From assembly GCA_964016885.1 (NCBI GenBank), contig OZ024753.1:33604001-33668000 (forward strand): 64,000 nt of DNA, written 5' to 3'. Position 1 is the stretch's first letter. The number at the start of each line of letters is the position of its first letter. The DNA comes from Eledone cirrhosa. Taxonomy: Eukaryota. This document shows, one piece after another, positions 11,824-23,980 of this stretch. Position numbers and translations under genes: made by a program. Below the pieces are notes generated by a model. The model had not been told where the DNA came from and ran no database searches. It saw nothing but the letters and a program-made list of their open reading frames with translations.

Positions 11824-12053
11824 TTAACCCTTTAGCATTTACTTTGCTCTATATAAACTATTGCATTTTCACAATAAAGGCTTTAACTTACATAAACATC
11901 TCACATAATATCGAATCTGTGAGGTTTTGATGTTATTTATTTTGTGAACAAATACCTTAACGTCAGTATGAGGGGCCAATTGGGACCAGTTTGAACAGAA
12001 AGAGGTGAGGGAATTCTAGCCAGATATGGCTGGTTTAATTACTAATGGGTTAA
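11824..12053 (+). mobile_element. piggyBac-like MITE
   Basis: TTAA-CCCTTTAG ... CTAATGGG-TTAA: TTAA target duplication and CCC termini. Confidence 0.7.
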
Positions 12054-12894
12054 AGTGCCTAAGACATACTGTATGCCATTATGGCAATCTACAATTCCAT
12101 ACATACAAAGCTGAGAAAACTAACGAGAGTATCTATGGTGAACTAATGTGGAACTTCTGTAATGATTATACATTCTCATACCTGAACTAGGCTCACAAGA
12201 AATTTATGTAAAGTTTTGGGTATGCATAGTGTTTCCCATCAAACTAACTCATTTTATTAAAATCTGAGATCAATTAGTCATACAATGAAGATTCCCTAGA
12301 CATTATGAAAATTTTCCATTTGAGTTTCCTAGAATACAGAAAATGGTGTGCATGCATATAACACATACATGCGTACATATGTACGTGCATACATACCTAC
12401 ATACATACATGTGTACATATGTACATGCATGCATACATACATACCTTCATACATACATATGTACATACTTACGTACATATATAAGCACTTACATACATAT
12501 CCATATACACATACAAACATACATACACCCATAAATACATTCACACATTATACACACATAAACATACATATACTTCTCAGACATGCTAGTCAATTATCCA
12601 TTTTATATTTCCTATATTTTATAGTAATTCTTTTTGAAACATTTTACCATTTTACCCCATTCTTGTACATAGCTAAATCTGACCTTTTAACATTTTATGT
12701 GTTCAATAAATGATATTTGCTGCACTTACTTGCTGGAAAAAATCAAGGAAAACTATAGCTAAGCTTAAAGAAATCGCCAATGTAAGTAAAAATCAGAAGT
12801 ACATTTGACATATAAGCAATTGTGTACCCTTACCTCAACTCACACCTAATATTCTCATTCCATTGATAAATTCATCTATAGAGCATTATCTCAA

Positions 12895-13215
12895 GTACTG
12901 TAAATGTGGCCGTGTAGGCAACACGGTAAAAACCTCCCAGCCCCACACTGTAAATGTGGTTGGTGTTAGGAAGGGCATCCAGCTGGAGAAAACCCGCCAG
13001 ACAGTCCACGCTGTAATGTGGCCATGTAGGCAACATGGTAAAAACCTCCCAGCCCCACACTGTAAATGTGGTTGGTGTTAGGAAGGGCATCCAACTGTAG
13101 AAAACCCGCCAGACAGTCCTATGCGAGCAAGACAACCACTCTTGCCTCAAGTGGGAAAACTCCCGTCCAAACCCATGCAAGCGTGGAACATGGACGTTAA
13201 ACGATGATGATGATG
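12895..13215 (+). mobile_element. RTE subfamily 2 3' UTR fragment with internal tandem duplication
   Basis: Matches reverse complement of 43801-44010; ~115-bp unit duplicated; (GAT)n tail. Confidence 0.8.
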
Positions 13216-13312
13216 ACTCCTGACATATATATAATCATTGCAATCTAGTTCCAAAAGATAATTTCAAGCAATTCATCTTATTTCATTATAAAAAAAAAAA
13301 TCATTTTTATAA

Positions 13313-13563
13313 TCATCATCAGCATCATCGTTTAACGTCCATTTTCCACGCTAGCATGGGTTAGACGGGAATTGTCCCACTTGAGGCAAGGTTGGTCGGG
13401 TGACCGTGTCTCGCTCATATAGGACTATCTGGCAGGTTTTCTACGGCTGGATGCCCTTCCTAACACCAACCACATTTACAGTGTGGAACTGGGAGGTTTT
13501 TACTGTGTTACCCTCACGGCCACATTACAGCATGGACTGTGTGTTTTGTCCTGACACCTACAC
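13313..13563 (-). mobile_element. RTE 3' UTR fragment
   Basis: Matches 43801-44045. Confidence 0.8.
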
Positions 13564-13616
13564 GAACTTGATCTCGATCTCATTCTCTCATTTATAATAT
13601 ACACTAAAATGCATGG

Positions 13617-13914
<298 letters not shown>

Positions 13915-14015
13915 ACACACACACACACATATCCACACACACACATGTATGTCGGCATCTATGTTTATATACACACACGTATACATGTTTACACACACAC
14001 ACACACATATGTATA

Positions 14016-14048
<33 letters not shown>

Positions 14049-15341
14049 GTATGCATGTGTGCACTTAAATGAATGCATGTTTTTACATGTGATTGTGTTT
14101 GTATACATGTATACATACATAGAAAAACATTATATATAGATTGATGTCAGCTTGTATATATAGCCTTGTGTGATTGCATGTGTGTAGATATATAAAAACA
14201 TACAAAAACGCTTATGCTCATTATCCACATCTATGTGACCACTAGGCATAAACTTCAATGAAATGATGTTTATTTAGGTTTGTGTTTAGATGCTAGTTGC
14301 TGGAAGAATCAACAGTGTTTATGTGTTTGTATGCATTTCTTTATCTTTCCATCTATCTAAATCCTTATCTCTTTAACTATCTGACATCATACTTACCTAT
14401 CTATCTACCTATCTGTCTCTCTATCCATCTGACTATCCATCTGTCTATCTATCTATCTCTCTATCTATCTATCTATCTGTGTCTTCCTTGCATTGAGTAT
14501 GTGTGTCTGTATGATGTGAAAATATTGTGAAGAAAAACATGCTCTACCCTTAGAGAAAAATGGTATAAAGTGAATTGGGCTAGTACAGAAATATAATCGC
14601 ATTTGGGTAAAGAACTACCAAGCAGCTCAAGTGGAAGGAACCTGCAGGGAAAGTAAAACTATGCAAGATATGGAATGAATAGTAAAAGTTGAATTTACAA
14701 AGTTGAACGTTATGAAAGATATGACAAAGGATTGCTACAAGTGACAAGTTACTGTAATAAAGAAGATCTGTTAAACTGAAGGAGAAATGAATGTATGGGG
14801 ATAATAAATATCATGGGTGTGTAAGAGTATGTATTGGTAGTATGATCCAACCAAACTATATAAATATATATGGTATGGAAATTTTTTTCTCTCTCTCTCT
14901 CTTTCGTCTGCGACTTCACAAAACTTATGTTTACCGAATTCGTAGACCAGACCCCTTTATCATCTTCTTCTTCTTCCCCCCCCCCCCCGTTAGACTTGTG
15001 CGAAATTCTTTCCTTGCTCACATTTCAACCAGGTTTGATGGTCTTTTGTCTCTTGTTCACGATTTCACCGAGTTTATATTCATACAGATCTGGGACTTGT
15101 CTATTTCTTCTCACTTTCCGTTGCTTAAACCTTTTTGTTTGTTACCCTGGCGTCCCCTTTGTTTACGTGTCCCAACGACTTTTTTTGGCCGTTGTTCGTA
15201 CCAACCTGAGGCATATGGCCCTTAAAGCGATGAAATGCCTGGGACGGTTGGAGGGTCACTGATGAAGGACCTACTTTTTCATATGCCCCACCATGTGCAA
15301 CGCGCAGCCATCATTATTATTATATATGTATATATATATAT

Positions 15342-15560
15342 GCAAAAGTTCTATTTAAAGTTGTTGGGATACAACAAGTAAATATTTTTATAACTGATAT
15401 AAAGCACTCGACAAGTTTTTGGAGTAGATATACGATATTAATAAATGGAAACTATATTTATAAAACCATATTTATTTCATTATACATATTTCAGGGATAC
15501 CACATTAAATTATGGTATGCCTTCATCAGACAAAATACAATATATAACAGTTTTACAAAT
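15342..15560 (-). mobile_element. Penelope-like 3' end (same family as 2524-2785)
   Basis: Reverse complement aligns to 2570-2785; 3' end abuts (TA)n. Confidence 0.7.
15473..15537 (-). ncRNA. Minimal type-I hammerhead ribozyme motif
   Basis: Reverse complement: tattttgt CTGATGA agg c ataccata..tgtggtat c cct GAAA t atgt a TA atgaaata. Confidence 0.7.
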
Positions 15561-15932
15561 AGCTTTGACGTACCCTTTTAAAATGCAACCATTACTTTTG
15601 GAGGCTGTCTGGATAGTGATTTGTTTATATTATTTTAATAAGTCATAGTGTTAAGCACAATTAGAAAAAGACGGAGAGAAAGAAAAAAAAGAAAAAAGAC
15701 GGAGAGAGAGAAAGAAAAAAGACGGAGAGAGAGAAAGAAAACCTGGAGAAATATCGGAGAGAGAGAGAAATGTATGGAGAAAAGAAAGAGATAAATAAAG
15801 TTAGGAGGAAATAAAAAAGAAAGAAAGAAATAAGAAAAACAAAGGAAAGCGACAGAGAGATATCAAGTCATCATACAGATAGAAAAACTCAAGAAAGAGA
15901 AATACTATATAGAGTGAGGGGGAGACAATGAT

Positions 15933-15972
<40 letters not shown>

Positions 15973-16089
15973 ATGCAATGCACCAGGTCTATGTTTGATC
16001 TAAAGTCCTGCGGTGCCAATTAAGTACTGATTTGGTAAATGAATGTTCAATGATGAATATAAATAAATAAATGAATATATATATATATA

Positions 16090-16690
16090 GTGGCTGCCAA
16101 CTCGTTTTCGAGTAGGGCCACTACTTTATATCCATGTAGGAGAACCCCTACCGATGCGCTGAACGATTGGCTTTTTAGTCCAGCCAGCGACTTGAAAACT
16201 CTGGTACAAACACTACACTTGTGACAATTATTGACACATAGTGCTGGGCCCATGGTACCATGTGACGACAAGTGCAGAGGGATCTCCAGATATAAAGCAA
16301 TGCCTGTGCCGTGAAGCTTTTATAGTGAGCAAAGGCACTGCACAAAGCCAGTCCCACTCTCTTATCCAAGATGATATTTACCAAAAAGAAGAACAAGTCA
16401 ACATCATTGGATACCATCATAGTTGCAGGTGTTATATCAAAGTTTTCCTTCTCCTAGAATTCTGCCTTGACAAAGGCTAAGGGGTCATCTCTCCCGGTGA
16501 TTTTGGATGGCCATTGACTCTTAAGAGCTCTTTGCCCTTTGACAGGTTTTGTTCTTAGTCCTGCAGGATGTCCAAAGTCACCCTGCTCATCAAGAAACCT
16601 TGGTGGGGTTGCCAGTTTAGTCGCCAACGACCCGGCCATGAGACAGGTTGTACATGTTACCAGTAGCACCAACTGGTGACCTGACATAAT
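16090..16690 (-). mobile_element. Bipartite non-autonomous RTE-derived element
   Basis: Near-identical to 60273-60882 over ~600 bp; in (TA)n. Confidence 0.75.
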
Positions 16691-16847
16691 ATATGTACAT
16701 ATATACATACATACATACTCATACACACGCACCTATATTCAGAAAGTTAAACACTTTTATGTATATCACCAGTTTCTTATGTATTGACCCTGAAAGTATG
16801 ACTGGCAAAGTTGATATCAGTGTGGTTTGAACTCAGAACACTTGCTA

Positions 16848-17358
16848 TCATCATCATCATCGTTTAACGTCCGTGTTCCACGCTTGCATGGGTTTGGACG
16901 GGAGTTTTTCCACTTGAGGCAAGAGTGATTGTCTTGCTCGCGTAGGACTGTCTGGCGGGTTTTCTACAGCTGGATGGCCTTCCTAACACCAACCACATTT
17001 ACAGTGTGGGGCTGGGAGGTTTTTACCATGTTGCCTACACGGCCACATTACAGCGTGGACTGTGTTTTTTTTGTCGTGACACCTACACAATCTCATTTGT
17101 TTCGGCCTGGATGTTGTGGCACCAACATAACTTTACATTGAAAGGGGAGGTGTGGATAGGGTGGTGGTGGTGGGACGGGTGTGTGTTTTGTTAGAGATGC
17201 CTACTGACTGTAGTAGGTTTAACTTTGTATTTCAGGTAATGCGGGTCTTCTCTCTTACCGAGTACCGCCAAAGGTCTCGGTCCAGTGACATTGTCTTGGA
17301 GAGGTGTAAGTGTGTGAGGTCGGAATTTATCAGCTCGTCCCAGGTTTTTCTGGGTCTG
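16848..17358 (-). mobile_element. RTE subfamily 2 3' fragment
   Basis: RPRKTWDELINSDLTHLHLSKTMSLDRDLWR plus 3' UTR matching 43801-44310. Confidence 0.85.
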
Positions 17359-18250
17359 CTATATTTTAATATATATATATCATCAACACCAATTAACGTC
17401 CGCTTTTCCATGTTTGCATATATACGATTGCTAAGTGGTAGTGTTAAATGTGATGATGGTTTAAATCTACCACCACCAAGGTAGGCCATAGGTGGATTTG
17501 AACTAATAAGGTAAAGAGCCAGAACAAATACCATTAGGAATCTCATCTGACATTGATAACATTTCCTCTACTCCAAAACACTGTGCTGGTACTTTCTTGT
17601 GTGTGTTGACCCCAAATAGATGACTGGTAACTTTGACCTTTGTATGATTTGAATGGAGAACACAGGATTGAAATAAATACTGCAAGATATTTAATCTCAT
17701 GCTCTAACAACTCTGCCAATTCGTCACCTTAAAAGAACTCAACTGCCATGATATATAATCTCGCAATCACAAACAGTCAGTTCCATGTAATGCAAAACTA
17801 ATTGGCTTATAGCAGCAGATCAAGAGATATATCTGCACAACATTTTCTATTCTGTATTTTCCTCAGAGATTTTATAATGATCAGAACTATGATAAAGCAT
17901 AGATTAGCACAGGACAGACAGAGACATAAGGAATTTATTTTGATTGTTACAGTCTCATAGCTGCCATTCCAAACATGTCAGCTCTATTGTGCAGCCTCTT
18001 TGCATTAAATGTCCTTCTGCAGCTATATTTATCAACCAAACAACTCATATTTAAATAATTTACTCTGGACAGTGGTGAAGTTAGAGTATGAGAGGAAACA
18101 TCATGTAGACATCTAGTCAAATAAGCAAAATTGTTCTTTACTTAATCCTTGCATATCAGATTGTATAATATGCATCGGAAGTTATATAATATAGGAAGCC
18201 TGCTTTTCTTATCACTCCATGTTAGTGTTATACATGCATATATATATATA

Positions 18251-18535
18251 TCATAATCATTTTACATCCATTCTTCCATGCTAGCTTGGGTTAGAAGGGT
18301 GGTCCTGTTGTCAGGTGACCTTGTCTTGCTCATACGGGAATTGATTTTGGCTTGCTTTCTACAGTTGGATGCCCTTCCTAACACCAACCTCACGACCACT
18401 TTACAGTGTGGGCTGGGTGCTTTTTTGTCGTGGCACCTCCACTTTGCAGTGGGAGGGGGTGGCGGCATATTGTCTATATGATTCAGCTCCAGCTTGTACC
18501 CATGAAAAATCGGGTCTTCTGTATTACTGCATGAC
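18251..18535 (-). mobile_element. RTE 3' fragment (subfamily 1-like)
   Basis: Similar to 30260-30580. Confidence 0.75.
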
Positions 18536-18667
18536 ACCAGTGGTTAGGGAACTGTGTCATCGCCTATATATATATCATCACCATGATTTTACGTCCACTT
18601 TTCCCTGCTTGCAAGGGTGGGACAGGTCCTATTCAGCACAGTATCTCTCCACTTGTCACGGTCCTAT

Positions 18668-18757
18668 GAAAAGAGTACTCAATACTGATATATATTCATT
18701 TTATTAAGGCTAAATAGTGACTCTTGTTACTCTGGAGTTTCACCTGCGAAAACAGGG
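18668..18757 (-). mobile_element. Truncated Penelope-like 3' end (3' half of a hammerhead)
   Basis: Reverse complement: cctg-ttttcg-cagg t GAAA ctc-ca-gag TA ... aataaa ... gtattgagtact; the CTGANGA half is absent. Confidence 0.4.
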
Positions 18758-18770
18758 GGGGGGGTAGAGA

Positions 18771-18885
18771 GTGTGGTGTGGTGTGGTGTGGTGTGGTGTG
18801 GTGTGGTGTGGTGTGGTGTGGTGTGGTGTGGTGTGGTGTGGTGTGGTGTGGTGTGGTGTGGTGTGGTGTGGTGTGGTGTGGTGTG
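18771..18885. repeat. (GTGTG)n pentanucleotide microsatellite
   Basis: Direct reading. Confidence 0.95.
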
Positions 18886-19952
18886 TGTGTATTTATATAT
18901 ATCTCCATCTATAACTTTTTACAATTTACACAAACACACACATATACCTTTACATACAAATATATACACACTATACATTTCCTTCCTTAGTCATTTTCAG
19001 AATTAAAAATTCACTTTCCAATCACAAGGTACTGAGTTTTAACCCTACATTCATCTTTGCAACTAGCTTCTTCTCCAAAATTGCTCATACATTTAACCCT
19101 GTATATCATTTCTACACACATGCTGAACATTTATGTAATTATATAGAAAAAAATTATTAAAATATCATTCTTATCCTTAATCACTTCCACATGTAAGTAA
19201 CTGACACAAATTATAAGGTTTCTCTTATGCAAACTTAATATATCAAGATGCAAATTTCCCAATTTTGTACGATTGCTCATATATCTAGCAATCCTAGTAA
19301 ATATGGTACACCAATCCTAAACTTCCAAATTTTGAAAATACATCATTACTGACGACACTGGTGTACCAGTGATTACTAAAATACATGCTTTTACATGCCA
19401 TATGGCATATTGTATCATCATCATGACTGTTTAAAGATGGCATATTTCTGTATATATATATATTTTTGGTTGGTATTTTTATTTTTATCCAAGAGATGAA
19501 CTACATTTAGAGAACTAATATAGATAATGCTTAACCACCACATATATCTATTAGCAGCATACTAAAATGGATGTTAAAATAATGATAGCAAATAGTGCAT
19601 AAAAAGTTATTTAAATAACTTTCATTTGGTTTAGCTAAGCTAATTATAGAATAAAGTTTCATGATAGAGCTTCCAAACATATCATACACATGTTCCAACA
19701 AATAAGCCATTCAACTAGCTCCTCTAATCACATTTCAATATTTATTTTACAGAAATTGTTTGTTTTTATATTTTTTTACACGACTGTATGTAAAATCCCC
19801 GGCATGTCTTTGTATTGTCCCCTTTCTTGTTGCGCCCTTGTGGCTAATAAAGAAATCAATATTTATTTTACAATTTCGAGTGATGAGTGTTACGCACATT
19901 TACTCACACACACTCACATATGCATTATATATATATATATATATATATATTT

Positions 19953-20065
19953 GTGAAGGCGCATGGTTGAATGGTTAGAGAATTTTGCATTTACAATCAT
20001 GAGGTTGTGAGTTCGATTCCTGGGTGATGCGTTATGTCTTTGAAACTTTATTTTTCATGTTGCTC
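19953..20065 (+). mobile_element. SINE group B head fragment
   Basis: gaaggcgcatgg...GAGTTCGATTCC. Confidence 0.65.
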
Positions 20066-20304
20066 CTACCTGGAGTTGTGATCAATACTTAGTACTAGCA
20101 ATTGGAAAAACCAATGGAAACATTGTTTCCTCAGTCCAATTTGATAAAAGTTGATTGACTGTTGATATATATATATATATACATACACAGTTAAAGAAAG
20201 AAGAGTAACATGGTTGGCTGTACAATAAGGGCTTTATTTAAAGTACTGACAATTGTTTTGTTGGATTACCTCTAACTGGATTACCTATAACGATAACTTT
20301 TTAT

Positions 20305-20641
20305 CCTACAGTCAGTATGCACCTGTAACAAAAACACACCCCCGTCCCACCCACCCCACCCCATCCACACCACCCCTTTCAATGTAAAATGAGGTCGTGT
20401 AGGTGTCACAACAAAAAAACACACAGTCCACGCTGTAATGTGGCTGTGTAGGTAACACGGTAAAAACCTCCCAGTCCACACTGTAAACGTGGTTGGTGTT
20501 AGGAAGGGCATCCAACCGTAGAAAACCCGCTAGACAGTCCTATGCGAGCAAGACAACCACTCTTGCCTCAAGTGGGAAAACTCCCGTCCAAACCCATGCA
20601 AGCGTGGAACATGGACGTTAAACAATGATGATGATGATGAT
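20305..20641 (+). mobile_element. RTE subfamily 2 3' UTR fragment
   Basis: Matches reverse complement of 43801-44170; (GAT)n tail. Confidence 0.8.
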
Positions 20642-20943
20642 ATATGTAGGAACAGCTGTGTGTGATGAAATCATCATCTCTGAAGAATTCAATACTACAA
20701 ATACCTCCCAGTGACCTCTTCATGCTATCTTCTAGTATGATAGCTTTACATGTGGATTGATGCAATATCAATTGTTTCAGAGAACACAACAATATATTCT
20801 ATAATGTCAGCATTATTCAACCAGAAATGCCAACCAATATGATTTATTATATATCTGCCAGACTATATATAACCAGGACAAAAATATCCAACCATCATTT
20901 AAGTAAATCTGTTTGAGGATGATTTATGACCACTTCAAAAATA

Positions 20944-21211
20944 TTAACCCTTTGATACCAAATCACAACTTGAAACTGCCCCTGGTTCTATATTACAAAA
21001 CTTTATTTTAAAGCATATATATTTATCTAAAAATCTTCCATTATAATTCTATTTAATAATCTCTTATGTTCCAATAATGAAAATTTAATTGTATTACTGC
21101 ATTGAAAAATTTAAATATGTTACTACATCCCACTAAATTCTTGATTAGCTTCCAAATTATTTTAAATTTATAGACAGTCTTTCATGTGAAATATGGTTTC
21201 AAAAAGGTTAA
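20944..21211. mobile_element. piggyBac-like MITE, second family
   Basis: TTAA-CCCTTTGATACCA ... TGGTTTCAAAAAGG-TTAA imperfect terminal inverted repeats. Confidence 0.5.
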
Positions 21212-21994
21212 TGGTTATTTCTTAGTTAGCTGCTAGATTTTAATTGAATTTTCTCTGAATTTCTGAGATTAGAAATTATCATCATTAACTGATTCTTAGG
21301 CAGTGAATTGCCATAATCATTAGAACATCAGATAGAATGTTTTGTGGTATTCATTCCAATTCTCTGCACTCTCCAAGTTCAAATCCTGTTAGAAGTAAAA
21401 GGTATAAACCCAAATAACGTAAACTAATACTCAGTCACAAACCAAAAAAGCAGCAGTAGCCTACAGCCTGTTCACCAGCAACAATGGTAGCCCATCTAAG
21501 AGAGCTGAATAAATAAGACTGCATATGGTAGATATGGGCTCTGTAATCCACAGAGACAGCTGCCTGCTTAGGAGATCTATCACTCTGAACAAATATGACT
21601 GCACATGGATGATGTGGGTTCCATAAGCCACCAATTAGGCTGTCCATCTAGGAAAGCTGTCACTCCAAATAAAATAAAATTTGACTGAGAGGAGAGGGCT
21701 CCTCAGACTGATTAGTCAACCTGTCTAGTGTTGGTGGCATGAAGTATATACCCAGTCCATGTTGTAAAGTGGTTGATCCATCCAGCCAGAAAAATTTGTC
21801 AAAAATCCATGACCATTGCAGAATATAAGATTCACACCAACTAGGTAAACAGGACTAACAATATGTTAGTGGTCTGCATGGTAGCAGAGTAGCTAACCTA
21901 GCCATGAGCAATAACACCTCAACTGTCATCAAGCAATCACATACCTGTATTCCCTTTAAGGTATAGAGAGACACTACTACGAGAAGACAAACTA

Positions 21995-22210
21995 ACCACC
22001 ACTATCAGGGCTGCCAATCTCAATGTGGGCATCTTGAAAGGAAGATCAGGTGAAATTGTTGAGTTACTTGAGAGAAGACAAGTAAATAGATGCTGTGTTC
22101 AAGAGATAAGATGGGGAGGCACCTCTGCAAGACTACGCACGGGCAAACTATGCAGATACAAGCTTTTCTCAGTAGGGAATGATGATGGAGTAAGTGTGGG
22201 GGTATGTTCT
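21995..22210 (+). pseudogene. LINE (RTE) APE endonuclease N-terminal remnant
   Basis: IRAANLNVGILKGRSGEIVELLERRQVNRCCVQEIRWGG: NV and CxQExRW motifs. Confidence 0.75.
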
Positions 22211-22457
22211 ACTAGCTGAGAAGGACATAGATAAGGTATATTACCTGATTTTCTAATGCTAATGACCATTGAAGCAAACATGTGTTTGGATTTCAACATT
22301 TCTGATATCATTTTTTACAAAAACAATATAAAAAATTGGAAGGAGGTAGGCGAAGAAGTTGAAACAGCTCAAAATACAGTACTTTATTATAATAAACAGT
22401 AAAAAATTAATTTAAAGAGTATGTATGTATGTATATGTATATATTTATATAGTAGAT

Positions 22458-22795
22458 GGAGGCACATGGCTTAGTGGTTAAGGCATTGGCCTTGCAATCG
22501 AAAGGTTGTGAGTTCAATTCTCAGACCGGGCGATGTGTTGTTTCCTTGAGCAAGACACTTTATTTCACATTGCCCCAGTTTAGTCAGCTGTATAAATGAG
22601 ATGATAGGGACTGGGGTCCTTATCATTCCACTGCAAAGTGGTCGTGGAGGTGCCACAGCAAAAAAGCACCCAGCACTCACTGTAAATGAGGTTGGTGTTA
22701 GGAAGGGCATCCAGCTGTAGAAATCAAGCCAGAATCAGTTCCCGTCCCACCCTTGCAAGCAGGGAAAAGCGGACGTAAAATGATGATGATGATGA
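22458..22795 (+). mobile_element. Full-length SINE group B with RTE tail
   Basis: tRNA-like head through (GAT)n tail, in TA-rich flanks. Confidence 0.85.
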
Positions 22796-23764
22796 TATAT
22801 ATATTATAATTATATAACCACATAACACTAGTTATACTTCTATATATATAGTGCCACAATAAAATGCATCCACTACACTGTAAACTGTTTGTTAGTGCCA
22901 TGATAATATTCATCTAGTTCACTCTGTAAACTCGTTGGCATTTTTAAAGGGCTTCAGGTTGTGGAAATCACGTGAAAATTGAACCCTGATCTTTTCAGTC
23001 TTGGACCATCATGATCTGTCAAACCTTTGCCAACATAAGAATATCTACGTATTTTTTGCACACCAATAGTTTTATTATTTCTTAACTTCAACTTACTACC
23101 AAGTAAGATGATGGTAGCTTTTCATAATCATTAATATAATTTAAGATTAATTTCCGAACATATCGAAATCTAAATTGAATGAAAATATATATATATAAAG
23201 AATCTGTTTTATTTTCTCATAAACAATCTTGCAACATATAATTCTTCATTTTGTATTTTATTTTCACAGATTTTGGAAATATTTTTTTAATATCAAATTA
23301 AAATTTGGCTTTCAATTTCATTTTGGAAATTTTAATAGAAAGAAAATAATTAATAACGGTTTAAAGCTATGACTGTAATATATTCTAAAATTTAATTATA
23401 TCCTAAATAGATTTGTAATTGTCTGGAAATTATCCATTTCCATTGAAATTATAAGAATAATAATTTTGATTTCTAATTCAGGCACAAACAATTTTGGTGA
23501 GGTGAAAGTCATTGACCATAGTACTTGACATACTTTGTTTATAGACCATAGCTTGGTGGGATTTGAACTCAGAAAATGAAGAGCTGAAACAAATACCACA
23601 AGACATTTTGTCTAACATACTATCACATTTGCTAATCAACTGAACACATGTAAGAAGAGAAATAATAGTTTCCAAGTTTTGCATAAGGCCAGCAATTTGG
23701 TAGAAAGGAAAGTTGATTATATCAACCCCAGTACTACCACAACCATCATCAGAATTATTAGTTA

Positions 23765-23980
23765 ACACTACCACCATCACAGTGATCCCCACCATAACCA
23801 TTTCCACGACCACCACAATCATTACTATCATCGTAATCATTACCTTTACCATCACCACTGCCACCATCATCACAACTATTACTCTTACCACCACCATCAT
23901 TACCTTTACCATCACCACTGCCACCATCATCACAACTATTACTCTTACCACCACCATCATTACCACCATCATCACCAACA
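23765..23980. repeat. Degenerate (ACC/ATC)n repeat with 60-bp tandem duplication
   Basis: Direct reading. Confidence 0.75.

Noticed and set aside
15200-15290. SECIS or twister ribozyme
   Set aside because: Required GA quartet or P1/pseudoknot pairings are not satisfied
19350-19380. Hammerhead candidate CTGACGA plus perfect hairpin cactgg-tgta-ccagtg
   Set aside because: No GAAA after the stem and no stem I/III pairing
22465-22530. tRNA gene
   Set aside because: A and B boxes are present, but there is no complete cloverleaf and the sequence continues into a multi-copy SINE body
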